A DNA stretch of 64,000 nucleotides from an uncultured Holophagales bacterium (lineage in GTDB: Bacteria > Acidobacteriota > Thermoanaerobaculia > Multivoradales > UBA5704). The notes under the pieces were generated by a model that saw only the letters and a list, made by a program, of their open reading frames with translations, had not been told where the DNA came from and did not search any database. Shown here in pieces: positions 38,421 to 46,849 of the stretch; the stretch's first letter is position 1, and each line of letters begins with the position of its first letter. The position numbers and the translations under genes are program-made. The stretch is taken from NCBI GenBank assembly GCA_963842525.1, contig CAWJGT010000019.1, positions 384,001-448,000 of the forward strand, read 5' to 3'.

Positions 38421-38893
38421 ACCTGGCAACGAGCCAGCGGAGCTTACATCGGCGTGGCGGAGCTTACGCTGGGCTAACGTAAGCTTACATCGGCGTGGCG
38501 GAGCTTACATCGGGCCAGCGGAGCTTACGCTGGGCCAGCGTAAGCTTGCAACGAGCCAGCGGAGCTTACATCGGCATGGCGGAGCTTACGTTGGGCTAAC
38601 GTAAGCATACATCGGCGTGGCGGAGCTTACATCGGGCCAGCGGAGCTTACGCTGAGCCAGCGTAAGCTTGCATCGAGCCAGCGGAGCTTACATCGGCATG
38701 GCGGAGCTTACGTTGGGCTAACGTAAGCATACATCGGCGTGGCGGAGCTTACATCGGGCCAGCGGAGCTTACGCTGGGCCAGCGTAAGCTTGCAACGAGT
38801 CAGCGTAAGCTCCGCCGAGGCAACGCAAGCTCCGCGACGCCGATGCAAGCTTGCATCGCGCCAGCATCAGCTCCGCTGAGGCAACGCAAGCTC
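38421..38893. repeat. Non-coding array of 20/21-bp AGCT-centred units with a 122-bp higher-order repeat
   Basis: About 23 AGCT/AGCA cores; six-unit blocks start at 38441, 38563, 38685; terminal units inverted (GTAAGCTCCGC vs GCGGAGCTTAC). Confidence 0.92.
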
Positions 38894-39054
38894 TTCTACG
38901 CCATGGCAGGCTCGCATCGTTCTGACAGATGTTCCGCTGAGCCCGTGCAAGGATCGCTGGGACGGAGTGAGCGGACTTTGCTCCGGCCCTGGCTCCGCCA
39001 GGCCGGCGTGGCCAGCGCCGGGGCAAGGGATCGAGAGGGCGAGACCGCGGAAGG

Positions 39055-39088
39055 AAAAAAAGAGGGAGCGTGCCGGGCACGCCCCCTC
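39055..39088 (-). terminator. Rho-independent terminator of 39108-39506
   Basis: GAGGGGGCGTGCC/GGCACGCTCCCTC hairpin plus T7 on the minus strand. Confidence 0.75.
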
Positions 39089-39107
39089 GACGAGACTGGA
39101 CAGCCGA

Positions 39108-39506
39108 TCAGGTCGCAGGCTCTTGGACCGGGGCCTTGGCTTGCGGCTCCTCGGGAGCCGACTTCTTCGCCTTGAGCCCGGCCGCCTTCCGGCCGCGGAA
39201 CGGCTGCAGGCCGAATTCGGCGAGCTTCTCCGACCGGATCCCGTAGTGCTCCTTGACCGACAAGCGCAGAACCGTCGCCAGCCGCTCGCCTTCGGTGACG
39301 ATCACCTTGAGCCGCTTGGACGCCTCCTGCTTGCTGGCCGCCATCGCCTCCTGCTGCTTGTTGATGTCGACCCCCTCGGCCAGCAGCCCTCCCAGCTTGG
39401 TCCACTGCGGCTGCAGATGGCCGAGCTCGCCGACGTTGGCCTCCAGCTTGGGCAGCATCCGCTGCCAGTCCCCAAACACTTCCGAATACGTACGCGCCTT
39501 CGACAT
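39108..39506 (-). CDS. Hypothetical alpha-helical protein with a basic tail
   Basis: 132 aa, GC-biased codon usage, RBS AGAAGGAGG, own terminator; C-terminal HYGIRSEKLAEFGLQPFRGRK. Confidence 0.8.
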   Translation of the reverse strand: MSKARTYSEVFGDWQRMLPKLEANVGELGHLQPQWTKLGGLLAEGVDINKQQEAMAASKQEASKRLKVIVTEGERLATVLRLSVKEHYGIRSEKLAEFGLQPFRGRKAAGLKAKKSAPEEPQAKAPVQEPAT

Positions 39507-39873
39507 GACCTGCCTCCTTCTTTCTGGGTCCTCAGGACCCGAACATCCGGCGCCGCGCCGGAAGAGCGATCTGTGCTGGCGGGCCTGAACGCCGGCCCTG
39601 TCTACTCGCTTCCTACGCGGGAACTATGGGGTATGTTACCGGTGTTGTCAAGACTGTTTCTCGTACTTCGGTTCTCTTGTATGTGCATAAAAACAGAGAA
39701 GAGAAAAGGGGGCATGTTGGCTTGCACGCCCCCGAGACAACAGGCTACTTCAAGGGGCCGGAAATAGAAGCAGGCACCGGCACCGAGATGGGGCGCCGGT
39801 CTGGGCAGATCTGGATATCCGCCTTCTGTATTCAACTGCAACGCAGGAATAGTCGGATACGTCCAGGCCCTCT

Positions 39874-39919
39874 GTCAAGTCTTTTTTACTTGACCTGACC
39901 GGGTGTTATGGCATAGGAT
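39874..39919 (+). promoter_or_regulatory. Putative sigma70 promoter with overlapping operator palindrome; likely leaderless argR-like mRNA
   Basis: GTCAAGT-N7-ACTTGAC (39874-39894) overlaps -35 TTGACC; -10 TAGGAT at 39914-39919, 6 nt before ATG 39926. Confidence 0.5.
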
Positions 39920-39925
39920 GAGGCC

Positions 39926-40381
39926 ATGCCAAGGAACCCCCAGGCTCGGCGCCAACGCCAGCAGGCAATCGTGGACCTCATTCGGGAGAAGAAGACGATC
40001 GGCAGCCAGTGGGAGCTCCAGGAGCTGCTCGCTGGCAAGGGGATCCTCGCCACGCAGTCGAGCATCAGCCGCGACCTGCAGGACCTCGGGGCCCGGCGGG
40101 TCAAGGGGTCCTACGTGTTGCGGCCGTGGCGGGCGGTGGGCGATTGGGACTTCGACTCGATCATCGGCCTGGTCGAGCAGATCACCAAGGCAGGCCCCTT
40201 TCTCGCGGTGGTCCAGACGAACCCCAACGCGGCCAAGCTGGTGGCCCGGGCCATCGACGAAGCCGGCTGGGAGGAGCTCGCGGGCACGGTGGCCGGGGAG
40301 GACACGGTCTTCATCGCCACGCGCACCCCGGAAGGCCAGGAACGTCTCTTCCAGCGCTTCGCGAAATATCTCAAGGCGTGA
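39926..40381 (+). CDS. Arginine repressor (ArgR)-family protein
   Basis: SQWELQELL..GILATQSSISRDLQDLG wHTH; C-terminal GTVAGEDTVFI (canonical GDDT). Confidence 0.82.
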   Translation: MPRNPQARRQRQQAIVDLIREKKTIGSQWELQELLAGKGILATQSSISRDLQDLGARRVKGSYVLRPWRAVGDWDFDSIIGLVEQITKAGPFLAVVQTNPNAAKLVARAIDEAGWEELAGTVAGEDTVFIATRTPEGQERLFQRFAKYLKA

Positions 40382-40403
40382 GCGGTAGGGGTAGACTGCG
40401 CGG

Positions 40404-40808
40404 ATGCTCCGCAATCTGGCCTGGGGCTATTTCGTTCTCTGCGTGGTGATGACCGTGCTGGACGTCCGCGACAGCTTGGAGCGCCAGTGGCCCAGGTGGC
40501 TGCTCGCGCTCGACGTGACGCAGACCGTTCTGGCGCTCCTGGGCATGCTGCTCTGGCTGACCGGAAGCGCTCCGGAGCCTCTGCGCTTCGCCTGGCGGGT
40601 CGTAGCGCCGCTCCTCGTCTTGGGTTTCGTCACGGTCTCGGTGCTGGAGGTCCGCGCTCTGGAACGGAGACCCGATCCAGATCTCTCGCCGCGGGAGAGC
40701 GTCGTAACGCTCTATCTCGGCGTCGTGCTCGGGATCCTCGTCATGATCCCGATCCTGTGCGTCAACTGGCTGCTCGCCTACGGCGAGCTGCCCTGGTTCG
40801 AGAGGTGA
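40404..40808 (+). CDS. Hypothetical membrane protein
   Basis: Four hydrophobic segments. Confidence 0.6.
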   Translation: MLRNLAWGYFVLCVVMTVLDVRDSLERQWPRWLLALDVTQTVLALLGMLLWLTGSAPEPLRFAWRVVAPLLVLGFVTVSVLEVRALERRPDPDLSPRESVVTLYLGVVLGILVMIPILCVNWLLAYGELPWFER

Positions 40809-40812
40809 TTTC

Positions 40813-41310
40813 ATGAGCTGGCTCGGCTTCGCCCTGATGACCGTCGTCTCCTGGGGACTCTATGGCGTCTTCCTGCACACCGGCCAGACGGCCATGGCCG
40901 ATCCGGTGAGCGGGCGCTACAAGGCCTTCCTCTTCGTCGGCCTCGCCTACTTCCTGACCGCCGTGCTGGCGCCCCTGCTCGTCCTCAAGGTCCAGGGCGC
41001 CTCGTGGGCGTTTCCCGGGCGGGGCATGGCCTGGTCGCTCCTGGCCGGCACCGTGGGCGCCATCGGAGCCTTCTGCGTCCTCCTCGCCTTCGGCGCCAAG
41101 GGAAGCCCGAGCGTCGTCATGTCCATCGTCTTCGCCGGCGCCCCCATCGTGAACGCCCTCGCCGTCTGGGTGATGCATCCGTCGAAGCTACGCTGGCAGT
41201 TCATGGTCGGCCTGTTGCTCGCGGCGCTCGGCGCCTTCCTGGTGACCTTCTACCGGCCGGCGCCCGCCCCGCCACCCACGGCGCAAGCGACACAGAGCTC
41301 TCTGCAATGA
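40813..41310 (+). CDS. Small multi-TM membrane protein, copy 2
   Basis: Near-identical paralog of 31960-32469 including the RBS GAGGTGATTTC. Confidence 0.78.
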   Translation: MSWLGFALMTVVSWGLYGVFLHTGQTAMADPVSGRYKAFLFVGLAYFLTAVLAPLLVLKVQGASWAFPGRGMAWSLLAGTVGAIGAFCVLLAFGAKGSPSVVMSIVFAGAPIVNALAVWVMHPSKLRWQFMVGLLLAALGAFLVTFYRPAPAPPPTAQATQSSLQ

Positions 41311-41560
41311 CGAACCTGGAGACGGCGAAGCGGTATCTGAAGGCGATCGAAGACGGGCCCCTTTCGAGGAGGTCGCGGCCTTCTTTACCGAGGACGTGGT
41401 CCAGGAGGAGTTTCCGAACCGGCTCATGCCGAACGGCGCACGGCGGAGCCTGGAGGACATGCGCGAAGGCGCGGCCCGTGGACGGCAGGTCATGTCGGCA
41501 CAACGGTACGAGGTCCTGCGTGCGCTGAGCGATGGAGACTCCGTGGCCCTCGAAGTGCAT
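41307..41560 (+). pseudogene. SnoaL/NTF2-like protein, frameshifted and truncated
   Basis: MTNLETAKRYLKAIEDG / FEEVAAFFTEDVVQEEFPNRL...GDSVALEV, then runs into the antisense of the HTH gene. Confidence 0.6.
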
Positions 41561-41568
41561 CGAGTGGA

Positions 41569-41898
41569 TCATGAAGCCCTCACCGCTCTGCCCGTGATCA
41601 CCTTCGCGAGATCCTGATGTGTAGCTCCGAGAGCAAGAAGCGAGCGGATCAAAAGATCCAACGACACAGACACATCCGCGGCTTCAGCCTTTGCCACGCG
41701 ACTCTGGCTCGATTGGAGCAAATCGGCAAGTTGAACTTGTGTCAGGCGCTTCTTCTTTCTGTATTCGCGGACCGCATCGCTGAGCTTGAGCCTGAGCTCG
41801 ATGTAAGCGGCTTCCTCAGAAGTCAGGCCGAGGAATTCTTCAGCCGATCCGACTCTCCACCCATGAGCTTCGAGACGAGCTTTCTTTTCCTTGTCCAT
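41569..41898 (-). CDS. XRE-family HTH antitoxin (HigA-like)
   Basis: LTQVQLADLLQSSQSRVAKAE; downstream of the toxin. Confidence 0.85.
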   Translation of the reverse strand: MDKEKKARLEAHGWRVGSAEEFLGLTSEEAAYIELRLKLSDAVREYRKKKRLTQVQLADLLQSSQSRVAKAEAADVSVSLDLLIRSLLALGATHQDLAKVITGRAVRAS

Positions 41899-41909
41899 AG
41901 CTGCAGCTC

Positions 41910-42245
41910 CTAGCCAATCTGGTCATACTCGGCAAGGCGGCGCCGGCAAGCCTGGAGCACCGCCCTTGGAGTCGTCGCCGTCTTCTTCTTGAGAACCTCC
42001 AAGATCACGATGGCATCTAGGTCGATTCTGTAGAAGATCCTCCAAGTCACGTCAGCGTCACCAACGCGCAGTTCGTGGCAGCGGGGGCCGATCGAGGGCA
42101 TGGGGCGCGACTCCGGCATCGAGAGAAGCTCACCTCGTTGCAGGCGTCTCAAGAGATGACCAGCTTCAAGGCGTGCGTACACCGACATGGGTGGGGTCTT
42201 GATCTCGCCGTGCAGCCACACGAGCGCCTTGTCCCCCTCTCCCAT
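41910..42245 (-). CDS. RelE/HigB (Gp49-like) toxin
   Basis: PESRPMPSIGPRCHELRV...WRIFYRID...KKKTATTP; toxin-first order. Confidence 0.85.
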   Translation of the reverse strand: MGEGDKALVWLHGEIKTPPMSVYARLEAGHLLRRLQRGELLSMPESRPMPSIGPRCHELRVGDADVTWRIFYRIDLDAIVILEVLKKKTATTPRAVLQACRRRLAEYDQIG

Positions 42246-42341
42246 CGGCGGTAGCATATATGCCAGATCCGACATGAGTCAACTGCCGGTAGAGAGATCC
42301 CTGGCACCTCTGCGCAGCGGTGAAGCAGAAGACGCGCCGCA

Positions 42342-42652
42342 CACATTCGTCGGCGCCTGCGGTGCTATCTTTGGAAGCAGTGGGGTAGACGAGGCTATCG
42401 GGAGCTGAAGCGTCGGGGAGTAAGTGTGGACCTGGCGTGGAACACGTCGAAGTCGGCGCATGGCCCTTGGCGGTTGAGCCAGAGCCCTGCGTTGACCATC
42501 GCCCTGCCCGCCAGGTACTTCCGGAAGCTGGGTCTACCGAGCTTGGTGAACGGATAGGGAGACCGACTCAATCAACCGAACCGCCGTGTACGTGATCCGT
42601 ATGCACGGTGGTGTGGGAGGGGGGGGCCGTAAAGGGCCCCCCCTATCCCGTT
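42342..42652 (+). mobile_element. 5'-truncated group IIC intron (maturase C-terminus plus domains V and VI)
   Basis: HIRRRLRCYLWKQWG...SAHGPWRLSQSPALTIALPARYFRKLGLPSL* (42342-42557); D5 GAACCGCCGTGTACGTGATCCGTATGCACGGTGGTGT from 42578; D6 hairpin ending CCTATCCCG. Confidence 0.88.
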
Positions 42653-42813
42653 ATGCCGACTGATCTTCATTCTTGCCCAAAACTGAGATGCGCTTGACCT
42701 TCGTGGTGTGTCATGCGTTGCTCGCCTCGGCGCAACGGAAGGATCTGCCACCAGCTGAACTACGACTGCTTCGATTCGTGGTGAAACCAGCCGAACGGGC
42801 CGCCTCGGACTCC

Positions 42814-42893
42814 GCTGGGAGCGCCGGCATCCTTGCCGGCCGGCTGACCAAAGACGAAGTAAGAAGGCCGGCAAGGATGCCGGCGCTCCCAGC
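42814..42893. repeat. REP-like perfect 28-bp inverted repeat
   Basis: GCTGGGAGCGCCGGCATCCTTGCCGGCC ... GGCCGGCAAGGATGCCGGCGCTCCCAGC. Confidence 0.85.
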
Positions 42894-42986
42894 AAATCCT
42901 CGAGAGAGACCTCTGGAAGTGCTGCATGGCGCGCAGCCGAAACTCCGGTTCCATGGGGTCCGTAGTGGGAGCTGAAAGGAGCTCCC

Positions 42987-43322
42987 ATGGATCCAGCGAT
43001 GACAACCACGACCTTCGGGTTCGAGGGGTATCAGATCAAGAGGCAGCTCGGCGTAGTCCGCGGTATCACGGTGCGCTCGCGCTCGATCTTCGGCACGATC
43101 GGCGGCGCGCTCCAGACGCTGGCGGGCGGCAACATCACCCTGTTCACCGAGCTGTGCGAGAAGACGCGCAGCGAGGCCTTCGAGATGATGGTCCGCCATG
43201 CCGAACAGATCGGCGCCAATGCGATCGTCGGCATCCGCTATGACGCGACCGAGGTAATGGACGGCGTGACCGAGGTGCTCTGCTACGGCACCGCGGTCGT
43301 CGTGGAGCGAGCGAGCGCCTAA
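42987..43322 (+). CDS. YbjQ/UPF0145 family protein
   Basis: [13 protein letters not shown]...[11 protein letters not shown]...LCYGTAV. Confidence 0.9.
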   Translation: MDPAMTTTTFGFEGYQIKRQLGVVRGITVRSRSIFGTIGGALQTLAGGNITLFTELCEKTRSEAFEMMVRHAEQIGANAIVGIRYDATEVMDGVTEVLCYGTAVVVERASA

Positions 43323-43369
43323 CGCTTTCAGGGCCGCTTTCCTGGCCAATGTCGCGACTGAATCGCGAG

Positions 43370-45097
43370 TCAGCCAGTGTACTGAAAGCCTTCCGCAACG
43401 TTGAGGAGTGTCGCACCAATGGCATCGGTGACCGTCACGGCCACGATCCCGTCACTCTTGGCGGGAGGAGTCACGGCTGAAAGTGTATTTGGATCGACGA
43501 CCTGCACACTGGTTGCAGTGTCGCCGCCGAATTTAACCGTCGGGGTGCCGGTGAAGCCCGCTCCCTTAATGACAACCGCTGTGCCACCGGACTTGGATCC
43601 AGAGGCTGGGGACACCGGTGTGTAAAGGTAGGCCCCAGGAAGGGTAGAGGACAGGTTGCCGGTACCGGTGACTGTGACTGCGACACGGCCTGCGGGATGG
43701 GGTGGCGTCACGGCGGACAGGTTCGTGGGTGAGACGAAGTGGCTGGAAGCAGCCTGACCATCAAACGTCACTTTGTCACCAGCCGAGAATCCTGTGCCAG
43801 TGAGCAGGACGAGAGTGTTGCCGTCAATCGACCCTACGTTGGGTGCGATCGAGGTCACCGTTGGTCCGACGGCCGTTGCGGCCGGCGGTATGGGTGGCGC
43901 CTGATTGGCACCCTGCGGCGGCTTGGTCAGGATCGCCTCGGTGATGTCTTTGAGCTTCGCCACGGCCTGTTCACTGAACATCCCCACCAGGATGGCGATT
44001 CCGACAATCAGCAGTCCAGTGCCGCCCTTTTCTGGCTTCCAGAGACCGGCGCGCATGATCAGGTAAAAGGCCGCCGCCACGAGCCCGCCGGTGAAGGGCA
44101 GAAGCACGTACCGGAGGGTCCAGTTCCGCACCAGGGTCTTGTTGCCAAAGTACCAAGAGAGTGAGCGCATGGCGTGGAGTGTGGCGCCCAGCATGCCGGC
44201 GAGGAGGACGGCGATGAAGAGCCGCACCTCGTAGGTGGCGGGGCAGGTGAAGGTATACGCCGCCTGAAGCATGGCGCTCTGGCCGTCGCTGTTGCGCACT
44301 TCCACGTTGACGGGCCCGGCGGGATGACCCGGCGCGGTGACCACGAGCACCTCGTCGCTCCCATGGACCTCGCGTGCTTCGACGCCGCCGAAGGTCACCG
44401 ATGGGTTCTCGAGGAAGCCGCTGCCACGGAGAATGACCTTGCTACCGCCTGTAATCCGCCCGGAATCGGGGGAGACCGACAATAGCTGGACGCGCCGGAT
44501 TTCACGGTACTCATAGCGGACGTTCTCGTTGCTGCCGACGGTGGCGTCCTGGTTTAAGACCTTGACCGACACCGCGCCCGCCGCATGGGCAGGCGCGGTG
44601 AGCCGAATTGTTCCCGAGTCTTGCGGTGTCGCCTGGACTCGCTCCAGACCGTCGAACTCGACAAAAACCGTCGGCGTGAACCCGCGGCCGCGGAGGACGA
44701 TTGTATTGGCGCCGGAGACGGGGCCGCTCCGGGGTTTGATATCTGTGAGATTGGGCTGCGTCCCCGGAGCGGCAAAGGCCGCGGCCGGTGGGTCTGTTGC
44801 TTTCTCGTCGGCGACGATGACCTCAGGCTGACAGCAGAAGGTCTCCAGAGACGGCCAGAGCCCGAGGAGAAGACCGATACAGGCCCCGGTAATCAACAGG
44901 AGATAACCGGCAAGGAGCCCGGCTCCCAGTCCGCGTACCGGAACATCGCCGGCCCCGACGCCAACCGCCGGAGGAGGAGCCACCGAAGGAGGAGCCACCG
45001 GGGCAGGAACCGCTGGGGCGGGAACCGCTGGGGCAGGAACTGCCGGAGCAGGAGCCAGCCTCTTGATTTTAGCGATGAAATCAGACCAGATTCCCAT
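43370..45097 (-). CDS. Membrane protein with multiple IPT/TIG domains
   Basis: Repeated P.SG...GG..V...G.GF...V.FGG IPT motifs flanking a 3-TM block; PAVPA repeats at the N-terminus. Confidence 0.8.
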   Translation of the reverse strand: MGIWSDFIAKIKRLAPAPAVPAPAVPAPAVPAPVAPPSVAPPPAVGVGAGDVPVRGLGAGLLAGYLLLITGACIGLLLGLWPSLETFCCQPEVIVADEKATDPPAAAFAAPGTQPNLTDIKPRSGPVSGANTIVLRGRGFTPTVFVEFDGLERVQATPQDSGTIRLTAPAHAAGAVSVKVLNQDATVGSNENVRYEYREIRRVQLLSVSPDSGRITGGSKVILRGSGFLENPSVTFGGVEAREVHGSDEVLVVTAPGHPAGPVNVEVRNSDGQSAMLQAAYTFTCPATYEVRLFIAVLLAGMLGATLHAMRSLSWYFGNKTLVRNWTLRYVLLPFTGGLVAAAFYLIMRAGLWKPEKGGTGLLIVGIAILVGMFSEQAVAKLKDITEAILTKPPQGANQAPPIPPAATAVGPTVTSIAPNVGSIDGNTLVLLTGTGFSAGDKVTFDGQAASSHFVSPTNLSAVTPPHPAGRVAVTVTGTGNLSSTLPGAYLYTPVSPASGSKSGGTAVVIKGAGFTGTPTVKFGGDTATSVQVVDPNTLSAVTPPAKSDGIVAVTVTDAIGATLLNVAEGFQYTG

Positions 45098-45235
45098 TGC
45101 GTTCTCCTCTGGGGTGCTACACCTTTCTGTCTTGCCCTTGGTGTCATGCAGGTGAAGAGACGGACGCCACCATTGATTTTTCCAGAGGAGGGCGGGCTGT
45201 CTCCTCAACGGAAGCGGCTGGCTTTTCGTGAGAAG

Positions 45236-46207
45236 TTACGACTGCTTCGAGCCGTGGTGAGGAGCTGAGCCCGCGATGCTCCAGCCGATCAGGCCGCACA
45301 GGGAGAATCCGAGGGCGTTGGAGGTGCCATGGAAAACCCACATCCTGGGATAGTCCAGCCCACTGAGCGGGAACCAGGACCGGGAGCCATACAGGCCGGC
45401 GAGCACCATGCCGGCGGCGAGGGTGAGGCCGGCGATCGCCCAGAGAAGGCGGGCTCGCGTGGGCCGCGAGGGATCGAAGACCAGCCGGAGGTGCAGCCAG
45501 GCCGCGAGGAGCCCGGCGAGCGCGGTGATCCCGGCGGCCACGGTCTCCAGAAGTGGGCCAGAGCCGAGCTGTGAGGCTGTGATGCCAGTGGCCACCAGGG
45601 GCACCCCGGCGATCACCCCCAGAGCGGCCAGGTTTGCGAGGATTCCCTGCCGCGCCTGTCCTGCCAGGCCGGTCAAAAGGGGTAGGGCGAAACCGGCGTA
45701 GTGGAAGTGCACGGCGGTGAGCAAGACGACGATCGTGGCGAACTGCAAGGGGTGGACATCCGCGCGGTCCAGGAAGGCCCAGCCGGCACCGACGAGAGGG
45801 AAGGCCAGGCCTGCATCGATCGCGAGGTCCGGAGGTGGGCGCAGGCCGCGGCGCAGAAAACGCAGGAGCGCAAGGAGGGCCATGACGCCGGTCGTGGCGA
45901 GCCAGGGCAGGGCCAGGCCGGCCGCTGCAACGCCCTGCGGCAGGATGAAGGCCGCCGCGAGGGCCAGGGCCGCAGGGAGCTGCAGAACCACCGCCGCCCG
46001 CCAGCAACGGCCGGCGCCGCTCGCGAGGTCCTGAGGCTCCACCAGGCGCAAGCCCAAGGGCACCAGGGCCAGGGGCGCCAGGAGGAGGAGGGAGACAACC
46101 CAATCCGCCGAGGACGGGGAGGGCGGCCGGACAGCGAGGAGCGCGAGCCAGATGACGCCGCCCGCGACGGCGCATCTCAGTGCCCAGACGCTCCAGCGGC
46201 GCGTCAC
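45236..46207 (-). CDS. YndJ-family membrane protein
   Basis: IVVLLTAVHFHYAGFALP, FHGTSNALGF; C-terminal part of the spurious 2156-aa antisense ORF. Confidence 0.78.
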   Translation of the reverse strand: MTRRWSVWALRCAVAGGVIWLALLAVRPPSPSSADWVVSLLLLAPLALVPLGLRLVEPQDLASGAGRCWRAAVVLQLPAALALAAAFILPQGVAAAGLALPWLATTGVMALLALLRFLRRGLRPPPDLAIDAGLAFPLVGAGWAFLDRADVHPLQFATIVVLLTAVHFHYAGFALPLLTGLAGQARQGILANLAALGVIAGVPLVATGITASQLGSGPLLETVAAGITALAGLLAAWLHLRLVFDPSRPTRARLLWAIAGLTLAAGMVLAGLYGSRSWFPLSGLDYPRMWVFHGTSNALGFSLCGLIGWSIAGSAPHHGSKQS

Positions 46208-46782
46208 TCCGCCTCCCGCGCCGCTTGCTCCATGGCCGCTTTCGACTCGACCTGGAAGCGCTTCTGGAGCCGCCGTGCCAACGGGCGGCCGAGCCTGACC
46301 ATCCAGTGCCGGGGCCGCGAGAAGGCGAAGAGGTCGTACCACACACTGCCGTCGGCGAGCTGCTCGACCATGAATCGCTCCTCGCCCTGCTCGACGTGAT
46401 CTTCCAGGGTCCCATAGGCGAAGCCGAACCGGCGCACCGGGCTGTCCTCGTCCAGTGTGTAGACGACCCGCGTGGCGTTGAGCCACCAGAGGCCGAAGTA
46501 GCGCACCAGCATAGCGACCTCCAGTTCGGGCGTGATCGGAGCGTCGGGAGCCTGCAGCTCGACCCATCCCAGCCGGGCCATGCGCCAGCTCCGGATCGCC
46601 GCGCACGCCGCCGCAAAGACGGCGTCTCCCGAGCCCAGCCGGACCCGGTTGTGGTCGACCTTGTACCCCGCTGGCGGATCGCCCCGCGAGGCGCCGACCT
46701 CGGCATAGGAGAAGGGCCGGCCGTGCTGCCGGTCCAGGAAGGCCTGGATCCTGGCGGGGGTGGGGCGGCGGAGCGAGATCAC
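46204..46782 (-). CDS. DUF1990-family protein
   Basis: FSYAEVGAS, RFGFAYGTLEDHVEQGEERF, AFSRP. Confidence 0.85.
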   Translation of the reverse strand: MISLRRPTPARIQAFLDRQHGRPFSYAEVGASRGDPPAGYKVDHNRVRLGSGDAVFAAACAAIRSWRMARLGWVELQAPDAPITPELEVAMLVRYFGLWWLNATRVVYTLDEDSPVRRFGFAYGTLEDHVEQGEERFMVEQLADGSVWYDLFAFSRPRHWMVRLGRPLARRLQKRFQVESKAAMEQAAREAE

Positions 46783-46849
46783 TGGAACCGGATTCTAGCG
46801 CTGCGGGCTGGATTGTGGCATCTTCTACAGAACCGTATAAGGAATAGGC

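Noticed and set aside
38421-38893. CRISPR array
   Set aside because: No unique spacers; units recur in a 122-bp higher-order pattern; no cas genes
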